This document shows, one piece after another, positions 1-8,452 of a DNA stretch of 64,000 bases. Source of the stretch: Bdellovibrionales bacterium (GTDB taxonomy: Bacteria > Bdellovibrionota > Bdellovibrionia > Bdellovibrionales > UBA1609); contig DAIDIG010000007.1 in NCBI GenBank assembly GCA_027459485.1, positions 81,070 through 145,069 of the forward strand, in the 5' to 3' direction. The translations under genes and the position numbers were made by a program. How positions within the stretch are numbered: position 1 is the stretch's first letter; each line of letters starts with the position of its first letter. A model generated the notes under the pieces. That model was given only the letters and a program-made list of their open reading frames with translations, was not told the origin of the DNA and did no database searches.

Positions 1-1
1 T

Positions 2-145
2 ATTCAAAATGAGATCAATACAAATCTGCGAATGAAAAACATCCCGCGTGTTTCGATTTTACTTGATGAAGGACTTGAAAAGACACTGCGAATCGAAGCG
101 ACCCTCCGTGAGCTCGCTCGAGCGCGCGAGCAAGCTGAAGAGTAG
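2..145 (+). CDS. rbfA: ribosome-binding factor A, C-terminal fragment (gene begins upstream of window)
   Basis: Open frame from the window edge to TAG 143-145 reads ...NLRMKNIPRVSILLDEGLEKTLRIEATLRELARAREQAEE. This resembles the RbfA C-terminal pattern (R-x-x-P-x-L-x-F-x-x-D). It sits directly upstream of truB, as in the conserved rbfA-truB-rpsO-pnp order. Confidence 0.6.
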   Translation: MQNEINTNLRMKNIPRVSILLDEGLEKTLRIEATLRELARAREQAEE

Positions 146-156
146 GACGAGCGCTC

Positions 157-1110
157 ATGTTTAATGGTTTACTGCTTATCGACAAGCCAACCGGTCTCAC
201 AAGCCATGATGTAGTCAATCAAATCCGCAAAGTTTTCGGCACGCGCGAAGTGGGTCATGCTGGCACACTCGACCCTATGGCTTCGGGGTTACTTGTCTTG
301 CTCATGGGTGAGGCCACCAAAATTTCAGATCATGTCTTAAACGAAAATAAAAGCTATCGATTGGGCGTGCGTTTCGGCGTACGGACGGACACCCTGGATA
401 TGACCGGGCAAGTTTTGACTCACGAAGATGTGTTATTGTCGACCGATGACATTCGCTCTGTCGCACAAGAACTAGTGGGTTCATTTACGTGGACCGTGCC
501 CGCTTTTTCGGCGGTTAAGGTCAACGGCCAAAAGCTCTATCACGCGGCCCGGGCTCAAGAACCGGTCGAATTGCCACTTAAAGAAATGAATTTTTGGGGG
601 CTCGAAATCCTTGATGTGACCCATCAGGGTCTCAGTGCGAACATTTCATGTTCGAAGGGCAGTTACATTCGCAAATGGGCCAGTGAACTTGGCGAACGCC
701 TCGGGTGCGGTGGAGCGCTCGAGTCTCTCAGGCGTACCGCCTGCGAGCCCTATCAAGTTGGGCAAGCATTGACGCTTGAGCAGGCGGCCCAAATGGCTGA
801 TCAGCTGCGGGCTGCCGCTGAAATTGATAGCCCTGCCGTTATTCCGTTACGAAATACCCTTCGCGACTGGCGTACGGTATCGGTTAGGGGCCGGGATCTC
901 CGGCTTCTTTTAAATGGGCAGATCCCGCTCGATCTCGACCGCCGCTTGCTCCCCGAGAAAAGGCAGGCGGTTCAAGCTAATCAACCGGTTCGGATTAAAA
1001 TTTTGGATGGTGACAGCGGTGAAATGGTCGCGCTTCTCGAGGCTACCCCTGGTCGTGGATTAAAAATCGGCCGTATATTTAAGCTTGTCGAGGGCCGGCA
1101 AAATCAGTAA
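157..1110 (+). CDS. truB: tRNA pseudouridine(55) synthase TruB
   Basis: 317-aa ORF with LLLIDKPTGLTSHDVV and HAGTLDPMASGLL (TruB catalytic Asp motif). Synteny with rpsO-pnp. Confidence 0.95.
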   Translation: MFNGLLLIDKPTGLTSHDVVNQIRKVFGTREVGHAGTLDPMASGLLVLLMGEATKISDHVLNENKSYRLGVRFGVRTDTLDMTGQVLTHEDVLLSTDDIRSVAQELVGSFTWTVPAFSAVKVNGQKLYHAARAQEPVELPLKEMNFWGLEILDVTHQGLSANISCSKGSYIRKWASELGERLGCGGALESLRRTACEPYQVGQALTLEQAAQMADQLRAAAEIDSPAVIPLRNTLRDWRTVSVRGRDLRLLLNGQIPLDLDRRLLPEKRQAVQANQPVRIKILDGDSGEMVALLEATPGRGLKIGRIFKLVEGRQNQ

Positions 1111-1135
1111 AGTCGCGGCACTATAAGGAGCTAAA

Positions 1136-1405
1136 ATGGCGTTAACAAAAGCCGATAAGGAAAAGGTAGTTAAACAATTCCGCAAAGGTGAGCTCGACAC
1201 AGGTAGCTCAGAAGTTCAAATCGCGCTGTTGACGACGCGAATCAATCACTTGACTGAACATTTCAAAACTCACGACAAAGACCAGCACAGCCGTCGCGGG
1301 ATGTTCAAGTTGGTTTCACAGCGACGCAAACTCCTCAATTACGTTCGCAAAAACGATTCTAAAAAATATCTCAAACTTATTGAAGATCTCAGTCTTAGAA
1401 AGTAG
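1136..1405 (+). CDS. rpsO: 30S ribosomal protein S15
   Basis: 89-aa ORF with the typical S15 sequence (GSSEVQIALLTTRINHLTEHFKTHDKDQHSRRG). AAGGAG RBS 5 nt upstream. Confidence 0.95.
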   Translation: MALTKADKEKVVKQFRKGELDTGSSEVQIALLTTRINHLTEHFKTHDKDQHSRRGMFKLVSQRRKLLNYVRKNDSKKYLKLIEDLSLRK

Positions 1406-1411
1406 CGCCCG

Positions 1412-3520
1412 ATGAAAGAAACTGTATCTTTTGAAATCCAAGGGCGCACCGTTACGTTTGAAACGGGTCGGTTGGCTAAACAAGCGCACGGCGCAGTTTT
1501 GTGTACGTGCGGTGATAATATGGTGCTCGTTACTGCGGTTTCCGACCGATCGGGCGGCGATGCCGACTTTTTTCCGCTGACGGTTGAATATGCCGAGCGT
1601 TTTTATTCGACCGGCAAGGTGCCTGGTGGCTATTTTAAGCGCGAAGGGCGTCCGACAACGGATGCAATTTTGAACTGTCGTTTGATTGATCGTCCGCTGC
1701 GACCGTGCTTCCCTGAAGGATATAACTCCGACACGCAGGTAATTGCGACGATTTTGAGCTACGACGGCCAGTATCCGATCAATAACTTGGCCAGCATCGC
1801 GGCATCGGCTGCCTTTCATGTGAGCGATATTCCGTTCAACGGGCCAATTGCGACTGTGACCGTTGGCCGAGTAAAAGGTGAATGGATCGCGAACCCCACT
1901 CGTCAACAGATGGCCGAATCTGACCTGGACATCACCGTTGCCGGTACGAAAAACGGTATTTTGATGGTTGAAGGTGAAGCGAAATTTGTAACCGAAGCGG
2001 ACGTTCTCGCGGCACTTCGTTTCGCGCACGAGTCGCTACAACCGATCTTAAAAGCTCAAGATGAATTGAGAGCAAAGTCGGGTTCGGTGCCTAAGCGTGA
2101 ATTCACACCCGTTGAAATTGAGCCTCAGTTTCGCGCTATGACCGAAGCCTATCTGCGACCGTTGGTCGAAGGCGCTCTTTCGCAGCGACAAAAGCAGGTG
2201 CGATACGGCCAACTCGATGAAGCGATTCGCGCGGCGAAAGAAAAATTTATTCCGGAACAGCCGGCCGAGTTGCAAGAGCAAAGAACGAAAGAACTCACCA
2301 AAATTTTCGAAGATCTGAAATATCATGTGGCCCGTCGAATGATCATAGTTGACGGCGTCCGTATCGACGGTCGTGATACGAAGACCGTGCGCCCGATCAG
2401 TACGGAGGTTGGTTTACTCCCGCGCGCGCACGGATCGGGGCTCTTCACCCGCGGTGAAACGCAGGTCTTGGGTACGGTCACTCTCGGCACGGGCGACGAT
2501 GAACAGAAAATCGATGCGCTTGAAGGGCTCACGCTTAAGCGATTCATGCTCCACTATAACTTTCCACCCTATTGTGTGGGTGAAACCGGTCGCTTCGGGG
2601 GCCAAAGTCGCCGTGAAGTCGGCCACGGCAATTTGGCCGAGCGGGCACTAAAAATGGTGGCTCCCGATTATGACAAATTCCCTTATGTCTTGCGGGTCGT
2701 GAGCGAAGTATTCGAATCAAACGGTTCGAGTTCGATGGGCACGGTATGCGCCGGCACATTGGCCATGTTGGATGCTGGTATCCCTGTCAAGGGTAACGTC
2801 GCCGGTATCGCAATGGGCTTAATTACCGATGGTGGCAAATACGCGATTTTGACTGATATTTTAGGCGATGAAGATCATCTTGGCGATATGGATTTCAAAG
2901 TCGCCGGCACGCGCGACGGTATTACGGCACTCCAAATGGATATCAAAATTGATAGCCTGACTTTTGAAATCATGGAGAAGGCGCTGGCCCAAGCCCGCGA
3001 GGGTCGTCATCACATTTTAAATGAGATGGAAAAGACCATTCGGGCTCCACGCGGTAAGATTTCCGAATACGCGCCTCGTATCGAGACTATTCAGGTGAAA
3101 CCTGAGAAAGTTCGCGAAGTGATTGGCGCGGGCGGCAAAACAATTAAAGCGATTATCGAAGCGACGGGTGTAAAGATAAATATCGAGGACGACGGCAAAG
3201 TTCACATTGCGGCAGCTGACCCGGAAGCAACGAAAAAAGCCATTAAGATGATTCAAGACATTTGTGCCGAGGCGGAAGTCGGCAAAACCTATCACGGTAA
3301 AGTCGTCAAAATCGCTGATTTTGGGGCGTTTGTCGAAATTCTGCCGAATTTGAGCGGACTGCTTCATATTTCAGAAATCGCCCACGAACGTATTCGCAGC
3401 GTGACAGACGTCTTAAAAGAAGGCGACGCTGTCGACGTCAAGGTGCTTGAAGTCGATCGTTCGGGACGTATTAAACTCTCGCGAAAGGCATTGTTGGGAC
3501 GCGCGAATGTGAACGCCTAG
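1412..3520 (+). CDS. pnp: polyribonucleotide nucleotidyltransferase (PNPase)
   Basis: 702-aa ORF with two RNase PH-like halves, a KH region and a C-terminal S1 domain (GKVVKIADFGAFVEILPNLSGLLHISE). Follows rpsO. Confidence 0.97.
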   Translation: MKETVSFEIQGRTVTFETGRLAKQAHGAVLCTCGDNMVLVTAVSDRSGGDADFFPLTVEYAERFYSTGKVPGGYFKREGRPTTDAILNCRLIDRPLRPCFPEGYNSDTQVIATILSYDGQYPINNLASIAASAAFHVSDIPFNGPIATVTVGRVKGEWIANPTRQQMAESDLDITVAGTKNGILMVEGEAKFVTEADVLAALRFAHESLQPILKAQDELRAKSGSVPKREFTPVEIEPQFRAMTEAYLRPLVEGALSQRQKQVRYGQLDEAIRAAKEKFIPEQPAELQEQRTKELTKIFEDLKYHVARRMIIVDGVRIDGRDTKTVRPISTEVGLLPRAHGSGLFTRGETQVLGTVTLGTGDDEQKIDALEGLTLKRFMLHYNFPPYCVGETGRFGGQSRREVGHGNLAERALKMVAPDYDKFPYVLRVVSEVFESNGSSSMGTVCAGTLAMLDAGIPVKGNVAGIAMGLITDGGKYAILTDILGDEDHLGDMDFKVAGTRDGITALQMDIKIDSLTFEIMEKALAQAREGRHHILNEMEKTIRAPRGKISEYAPRIETIQVKPEKVREVIGAGGKTIKAIIEATGVKINIEDDGKVHIAAADPEATKKAIKMIQDICAEAEVGKTYHGKVVKIADFGAFVEILPNLSGLLHISEIAHERIRSVTDVLKEGDAVDVKVLEVDRSGRIKLSRKALLGRANVNA

Positions 3521-3525
3521 ATTAA

Positions 3526-4818
3526 GTGAAAGCGTTTGAGTTTGAACCTCTTTTTAACAAATCGATTTTAGATAACGGTGTTCGGATATTAACCGAACAC
3601 CATCCATCCAGCCGGGCGGTTTGTGCCGGGATTTTTGTCGACCAGGGCACGCGTGACGAGCCTGAGGATATCATCGGCGCCGCGCATTTCGTAGAGCACA
3701 TGGTTTTTAAAGGCACCGAGACGCGCGACGCGTACGAAATCGCGCGCAGCCTTGAAGCCGTGGGCGGCGAGCTCAATGCTTATACGACGCGCGAGCAAAC
3801 CTGCTTTCACGCGACCAGTTTGCGCGAGCACCTCACTCTAAGTCTTGACGTCCTCTCCGACCTCATGAGCAATGCGCAATTTGAAACGAATGACTTCAAA
3901 AAAGAACGCGACGTGATCATTCAAGAAATACATATGTCGCAGGACGAATACGACGATTACATTTTCGATTTGGTTTTTGAAAACGCGTACAAGGGCCATG
4001 AGCTTGGCCGTTCGATTCTGGGTACGCCTAAAACTCTTGAGCAAATCACTCGCCGCAAACTGATGGACTTTTATACGAGACGTTACCAAGGTCACAATAT
4101 GTTGGTCTGCGTGGCAGGTCACGTGAATCACGAAGAGGTAGTGCAGCTGATGTCGCGCACATTGAATCTGCGCCGGCGCACGGTTCTCGCACCCCCGAGA
4201 AAGCGGCCGGCATACCGTACATTCCAAAAAGTTTTGTCGCGATCTTCAGAGCAACTTCATGTGCTTGTGGCTCTGCCGTCCGTCTCAGTGAAAGATAAGC
4301 AAAGATTTGAATCGTATCTGGCAAATGCCGCACTTGGCGGGGGGATGACGTCGCGTCTATACCAGAAAGTACGTGAAAAACTCGGCATTGCTTACACTGT
4401 TTATAGCTATCTTCAGCCGTTTTACGACACCGGCATTCAGACGATTTATTCGGCGACTTCGCCGCGGCATATGAAAAGAATTTTGAGTGTGATTTTTCGC
4501 GAAATCGAGAGTCTCGCGCGGCGCGGTCTCACTCGTGCGGAGCTTGACTATTATCGAACGCAGGTCATCGGCGGACTCGTTTTAGAATCTGATGATATTG
4601 ATAACCGTATGAATGCAATTGGCTACAGCGAAATGATTTTTGGTGAAAACCGGACGGTTGACCAAACGATTCAAGAACTGCAAAAGGTTACGGTGGAGAG
4701 CATGAATGCGTACTTGAAAAAACACTTTGATATACAGCGAGCGAGCGCTATCCTAATCGGCGATATAAATGAAGACCGCGCGTCGAATTATCTGACCCGA
4801 AGTCTCGGCGGCGATTAA
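3526..4818 (+). CDS. M16 (pitrilysin) family zinc peptidase
   Basis: 430-aa ORF with a GTG start 5 nt after the pnp stop. Carries the inverted zinc motif HxxEH in AAHFVEHMVFKGT. Confidence 0.85.
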   Translation: MKAFEFEPLFNKSILDNGVRILTEHHPSSRAVCAGIFVDQGTRDEPEDIIGAAHFVEHMVFKGTETRDAYEIARSLEAVGGELNAYTTREQTCFHATSLREHLTLSLDVLSDLMSNAQFETNDFKKERDVIIQEIHMSQDEYDDYIFDLVFENAYKGHELGRSILGTPKTLEQITRRKLMDFYTRRYQGHNMLVCVAGHVNHEEVVQLMSRTLNLRRRTVLAPPRKRPAYRTFQKVLSRSSEQLHVLVALPSVSVKDKQRFESYLANAALGGGMTSRLYQKVREKLGIAYTVYSYLQPFYDTGIQTIYSATSPRHMKRILSVIFREIESLARRGLTRAELDYYRTQVIGGLVLESDDIDNRMNAIGYSEMIFGENRTVDQTIQELQKVTVESMNAYLKKHFDIQRASAILIGDINEDRASNYLTRSLGGD

Positions 4819-4844
4819 TTCGTTGCGATAGAAGGAGTTGAGAA

Positions 4845-5462
4845 ATGGAAACCACGCGTTTCACAGAACGAATCAGATCCGTCGCACAAGCAGTCGAAAA
4901 ATTTGTCGAGCATAACCTTATCGAAAAAGAACAACGTGACGAGAATTTGAAAAAGTTGGCGTTGGCCTTTGAGGCTCTTTTGCAGAAGCGGACGAGCGAT
5001 TTCGATATAGATACAACTGCGGTTCGCGTCGCGCTTAAAACCCACAAGCATTTCAAAGGTGACCTGCCGGCCTATCAGTCGCAACTTGCGGCGGGTATGG
5101 ATGTACGGGCTCAGCTTGATGAACCTATCGTGCTTCAGCCGGGGCAGCGGGCGCTTATCCCCACGGGGATTAGCGTTTCAATTCCGGCAGGGTATGAAAT
5201 CCAAGCGCGTCCGCGCAGTGGATGGGCCATTCGCGACGGCATCACGTTGTTGAATTCTCCCGGCACGATCGATGCCGACTATCGCGGTGAAATTAAAATT
5301 GTTTTGATCAATCACGGTCAGGCTCCCGTCGAAATCAATGATCAGGAGCGTATCGCCCAGCTTGTATTGACGACGGTATCGCGCATGCAGTTTGAACATG
5401 TGGATCAACTCGATGAAACGAATCGTGGCGGCGGCGGTTTCGGCAGCACTGGCCGGGCTTAG
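4845..5462 (+). CDS. dut: dUTP diphosphatase with about 55-aa N-terminal extension
   Basis: The C-terminal ~150 aa carry dUTPase motifs (AAGMDVRA, RPRSG, GTIDADYRGEI, ERIAQLV, RGGGGFGSTG). GAAGGAG RBS 7 nt before ATG 4845. Confidence 0.85.
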   Translation: METTRFTERIRSVAQAVEKFVEHNLIEKEQRDENLKKLALAFEALLQKRTSDFDIDTTAVRVALKTHKHFKGDLPAYQSQLAAGMDVRAQLDEPIVLQPGQRALIPTGISVSIPAGYEIQARPRSGWAIRDGITLLNSPGTIDADYRGEIKIVLINHGQAPVEINDQERIAQLVLTTVSRMQFEHVDQLDETNRGGGGFGSTGRA

Positions 5463-5489
5463 TGCGACTTGGCTGTGTGGCTTTCGAGG

Positions 5490-6125
5490 CTAGTGCTCAA
5501 GCTCTTGCTTGAGCACTTGAAGCGAAGCGGGCGTAGTTAAATTGCTTTTATACTTGTCTTTTTCGTGCTGAAAGTGCCACGACGAATAAAGCCAAAACAA
5601 TAAATACACCAAATAAATGGCAGCGACCATTTTACCGAACCGCTTACGGTCTACATTGAAATTGCCGGCAACGCCCTCGACGAGAAGAAGCCCGCTCAAG
5701 AACAGACCCGCGAGCGTGATCACGGGCAACCAATGACTGACAATTGAAAGAGCCATTGCTGGCACCGCGGCAAGAAGTACGAGAGTGAAAATTCGTCGAA
5801 TTAGTGGTTCGCGATCAAAAAAGAAAACTAGCACGTAGTAAACCATTCCGGTAACCAGCGTCGCGCTGATCACGGACATGATCGGCGCCACGATGAGGCC
5901 CGAAATAAATTGAGTGATATGCCCGCTCAATAACCCGCGAAGGGCGCCACATCCAGCAGCCATGATAATGTAGAAAACGACCAGAGCTTGCCAATCCCAA
6001 TCGGGAACTTTTTGAATGGAAACAATCGGGTTACGAATAAAACCCGACAGATAGCGAACTAAGTGGCCGAGCTTTTCGAGTTCGGGTTCGGAAGCCATTT
6101 GTTCAGATTTTTCGTCCATCGCCAT
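5490..6125 (-). CDS. multi-pass inner-membrane protein, function unknown (Yip1-like topology)
   Basis: 211-aa ORF with an acidic N-terminus followed by about 5 hydrophobic helices. No catalytic motif recognised. Confidence 0.55.
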   Translation of the reverse strand: MAMDEKSEQMASEPELEKLGHLVRYLSGFIRNPIVSIQKVPDWDWQALVVFYIIMAAGCGALRGLLSGHITQFISGLIVAPIMSVISATLVTGMVYYVLVFFFDREPLIRRIFTLVLLAAVPAMALSIVSHWLPVITLAGLFLSGLLLVEGVAGNFNVDRKRFGKMVAAIYLVYLLFWLYSSWHFQHEKDKYKSNLTTPASLQVLKQELEH

Positions 6126-6189
6126 GTTGCACGTCTCTGATGTTGGGCCTGCGGAAAACGGCCCGCACGTTTCGTTGTCCCAGACTTAA

Positions 6190-6858
6190 CTAAAAACTCC
6201 CGGCGAACATCAAGGTGCCGTCAACTGACCCTGCGTCCGCAGTTGTGTGTACCATTGGAGCCTCGTACGCTGCATCCACGCGTATTCCGAAACCAGATGT
6301 TACGTCAAAATTCAAGCCGCCGTCGAGCAACGACGCAGGTGTCGTATTTTCGCCGGCATAGGCGGTGGGCACTGAGCCCGAAATGTTCAAATACCGAGCC
6401 GTGAGCCCCGCAGCCACAATGAAATCAAGCGAACGTTGAATCGGCATTTCGTGTTGCACCAGTAGGCCGAATTCTTTCATATCGATTTGGGCTTGGCTGG
6501 AGTTGTACGGGTCAAACGAAGTGAGAGTGCCGACGGCCTGCCAGCTGGGTGAAAGCAGATCTATACCCAAGTTCACTTGATAGCCGTGAAGGTCGGCGCT
6601 CGAAGGTAAACCACGAGCTGACGCCAAATTTAAATGCGAAAGTACGGCGCCAAAGCCGGCATGAAATTGAATGCTGTCAAGAGGGTCGCTCTCCGGATGA
6701 AGTTGTGTTGCGGTCGTCGACTCGCCGGTGAGGTCTTTTACGATGGCATCGTAGCCGGTGTACTGTTGGTCGGCTCTGCTGAGCGAGGAGAACGAAATCG
6801 TGCAAATGACTGTCAACGTGAACAAAACTGGACGAATCGCCTGATTGCTCATTCGCAT
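6190..6858 (-). CDS. putative outer-membrane beta-barrel protein
   Basis: ORF-track start 6882 (GTG) trimmed to ATG 6858, which has AGGAG 6 nt upstream. Signal peptide ...ISFSSLSRA. Alternating beta-strand pattern and an aromatic terminus ...MFAGSF. Confidence 0.5.
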   Translation of the reverse strand: MRMSNQAIRPVLFTLTVICTISFSSLSRADQQYTGYDAIVKDLTGESTTATQLHPESDPLDSIQFHAGFGAVLSHLNLASARGLPSSADLHGYQVNLGIDLLSPSWQAVGTLTSFDPYNSSQAQIDMKEFGLLVQHEMPIQRSLDFIVAAGLTARYLNISGSVPTAYAGENTTPASLLDGGLNFDVTSGFGIRVDAAYEAPMVHTTADAGSVDGTLMFAGSF

Positions 6859-6981
6859 TTCATACTCCTGTATTTCAGACACAAGTGTAACAAAAAAAGG
6901 GTGAAACGCAAAAACTCGTCTTTTTTTTTGGATGGCTCCCTCTTAAAATAAAATGAGGCCTTGTCTTTAAAGAGGTGCGGC

Positions 6982-7419
6982 GTGAGTGTGAGCGAAAAAA
7001 TTTATTGCGCATTCTGCCGTCTCGGGCGACGAGTATATACGAAAAAGCGGATCACCTGGACGAATGTCGTGCTGGCGCTGTTATCCTCCGCAATTTTGAC
7101 TTTTGCATTTTGGCAAACTTGGGACCCACGCGGAATTTTCATTTTCGTGTTGTTTTTGGCCATGGCGGACATCTTCATACGAATTCGTTGGCGGATGGCG
7201 TTGCCATGCCCGCATTGCGGCTTTGACCCTCTTCTATACAAACGCAATCCGGATGAAGCTGCTCGGCGAGTCAAAATCCGCCTAGATATGGTCCGCCGAT
7301 CCGATGACTTTCTGTTTCGGTCGCAAAACCCTTTAGCCAATTTGCCCGCAGTTCGCGCTGACGATAAATTTTTTGCGCGTTCACCTTTGGGTGACAACCC
7401 CGCTGAAAAGAATCAATAA
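6982..7419 (+). CDS. small membrane protein with two CxxC pairs (zinc-ribbon-like)
   Basis: ORF trimmed to GTG 6982, which has AGAGG 6 nt upstream. CAFC and CPHC pairs flank two hydrophobic helices. Confidence 0.45.
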   Translation: MSVSEKIYCAFCRLGRRVYTKKRITWTNVVLALLSSAILTFAFWQTWDPRGIFIFVLFLAMADIFIRIRWRMALPCPHCGFDPLLYKRNPDEAARRVKIRLDMVRRSDDFLFRSQNPLANLPAVRADDKFFARSPLGDNPAEKNQ

Positions 7420-7457
7420 TAAACATGAAGGGGTGTTAGCTGAACGATTGCTAACGT

Positions 7458-8408
7458 GTGGTCATGACGGTTCTTTTTTTATTGTATGCGATGTGCGTTC
7501 GTCCTGCGTGGGCCCAAGGGGATTTTGCGCCTTACCAATCGCCGGGGCAACTGCATCATGTGCTGTCGCAAAAGGAGCAAAGCAAAGGAAAAGTAATGCG
7601 ACGTCGCCCGCGCGATACTGGGCAAAATGCTGTCGTAAAAACGGACGGAGCGGCGATTTATTTCGCACCGAATTTCGATGCTCCAGTCTTGGGATATCTT
7701 GATAGCGGCAAACGAATTCGTGTTTCAAAGATCATGTATCCAGGCATCGGCGGTCTCGGCGATTTTTACCGAGTTCACGTTGGGCATCATCGATTCGGCT
7801 ATATCACCGACACGGATATTATTCTTAGCCACCCGGCTCCAGGTGATGTTGTTAAAAACGGTCCACTCGACACAGACGATCAGAAAGATCAGGATTCTAC
7901 CGACCTTTATCTCAGCCGTTATGGCGGCCTGACGTATTACAATTACAATTTTTCGGAAAAAATAAGCGGAGGCGCGCGTTCGGCGCCGACGGCCATGTAC
8001 GGTTTCAAATTTACAGGTCCGACAAATTTGATGGGTGGGCTGCCGCTTGACTTCGATCTTTTGTTCACCTCTGTGCCGCCCTCATTTTATAACGACATTG
8101 CCAGCAGCACATCGGGGATGATGTTTATGGGCGATATGTTGGCGAATTTGCCTATCACGCAGAGTTCGCGTTTTTTATTCACTGTTGGGTTCGGTCTGAT
8201 GGCGCGATTTTCCGACTGGTCGGTACTCCTCAAAAACCGGCCTGATTTAGGTAAATTTGACTCGCAGGAATTGGCCATGGGCGTGCTTGGCGAACTCTCG
8301 GCGACGGCCCGCCTTAACAAAAAGTTCGCTCTTCGCGCGGACGCTCGCTATATTTATGAAAAAGAACGCTACGCGGGCATCGGCGCGGCGCTGTTATATC
8401 AATATTAG
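7458..8408 (+). CDS. secreted protein with SH3-like N-domain and beta-barrel-like C-terminal half
   Basis: 316-aa ORF with signal peptide ...CVRPAWA-QG. The segment AVVKTDGAAIYFAPNFDAPVLGYLDSGKRIRV resembles bacterial SH3 domains. Ends ...LLYQY. The start (GTG 7458 or ATG 7464) is uncertain. Confidence 0.5.
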   Translation: MVMTVLFLLYAMCVRPAWAQGDFAPYQSPGQLHHVLSQKEQSKGKVMRRRPRDTGQNAVVKTDGAAIYFAPNFDAPVLGYLDSGKRIRVSKIMYPGIGGLGDFYRVHVGHHRFGYITDTDIILSHPAPGDVVKNGPLDTDDQKDQDSTDLYLSRYGGLTYYNYNFSEKISGGARSAPTAMYGFKFTGPTNLMGGLPLDFDLLFTSVPPSFYNDIASSTSGMMFMGDMLANLPITQSSRFLFTVGFGLMARFSDWSVLLKNRPDLGKFDSQELAMGVLGELSATARLNKKFALRADARYIYEKERYAGIGAALLYQY

Positions 8409-8452
8409 ACCTTGCCAGACTTCTCCTAATTTGCCAGACAAAGTGAATACGT

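Noticed and set aside
1316-2029. 237-aa minus-strand ORF inside pnp, with similar antisense ORFs at 2048-2759 and 3017-3367.
   Set aside because: These are shadow ORFs fully antisense to a confidently identified PNPase gene. Their composition is Arg/Ser-rich and low-complexity, and they have no RBS.
5493-5516. 10-bp hairpin GTGCTCAAGC-tctt-GCTTGAGCAC as a bidirectional terminator between dut and the convergent membrane-protein gene.
   Set aside because: It lies inside the last codons of the minus-strand CDS and has no adjacent T-run on either strand, so the evidence is too weak to call a terminator.
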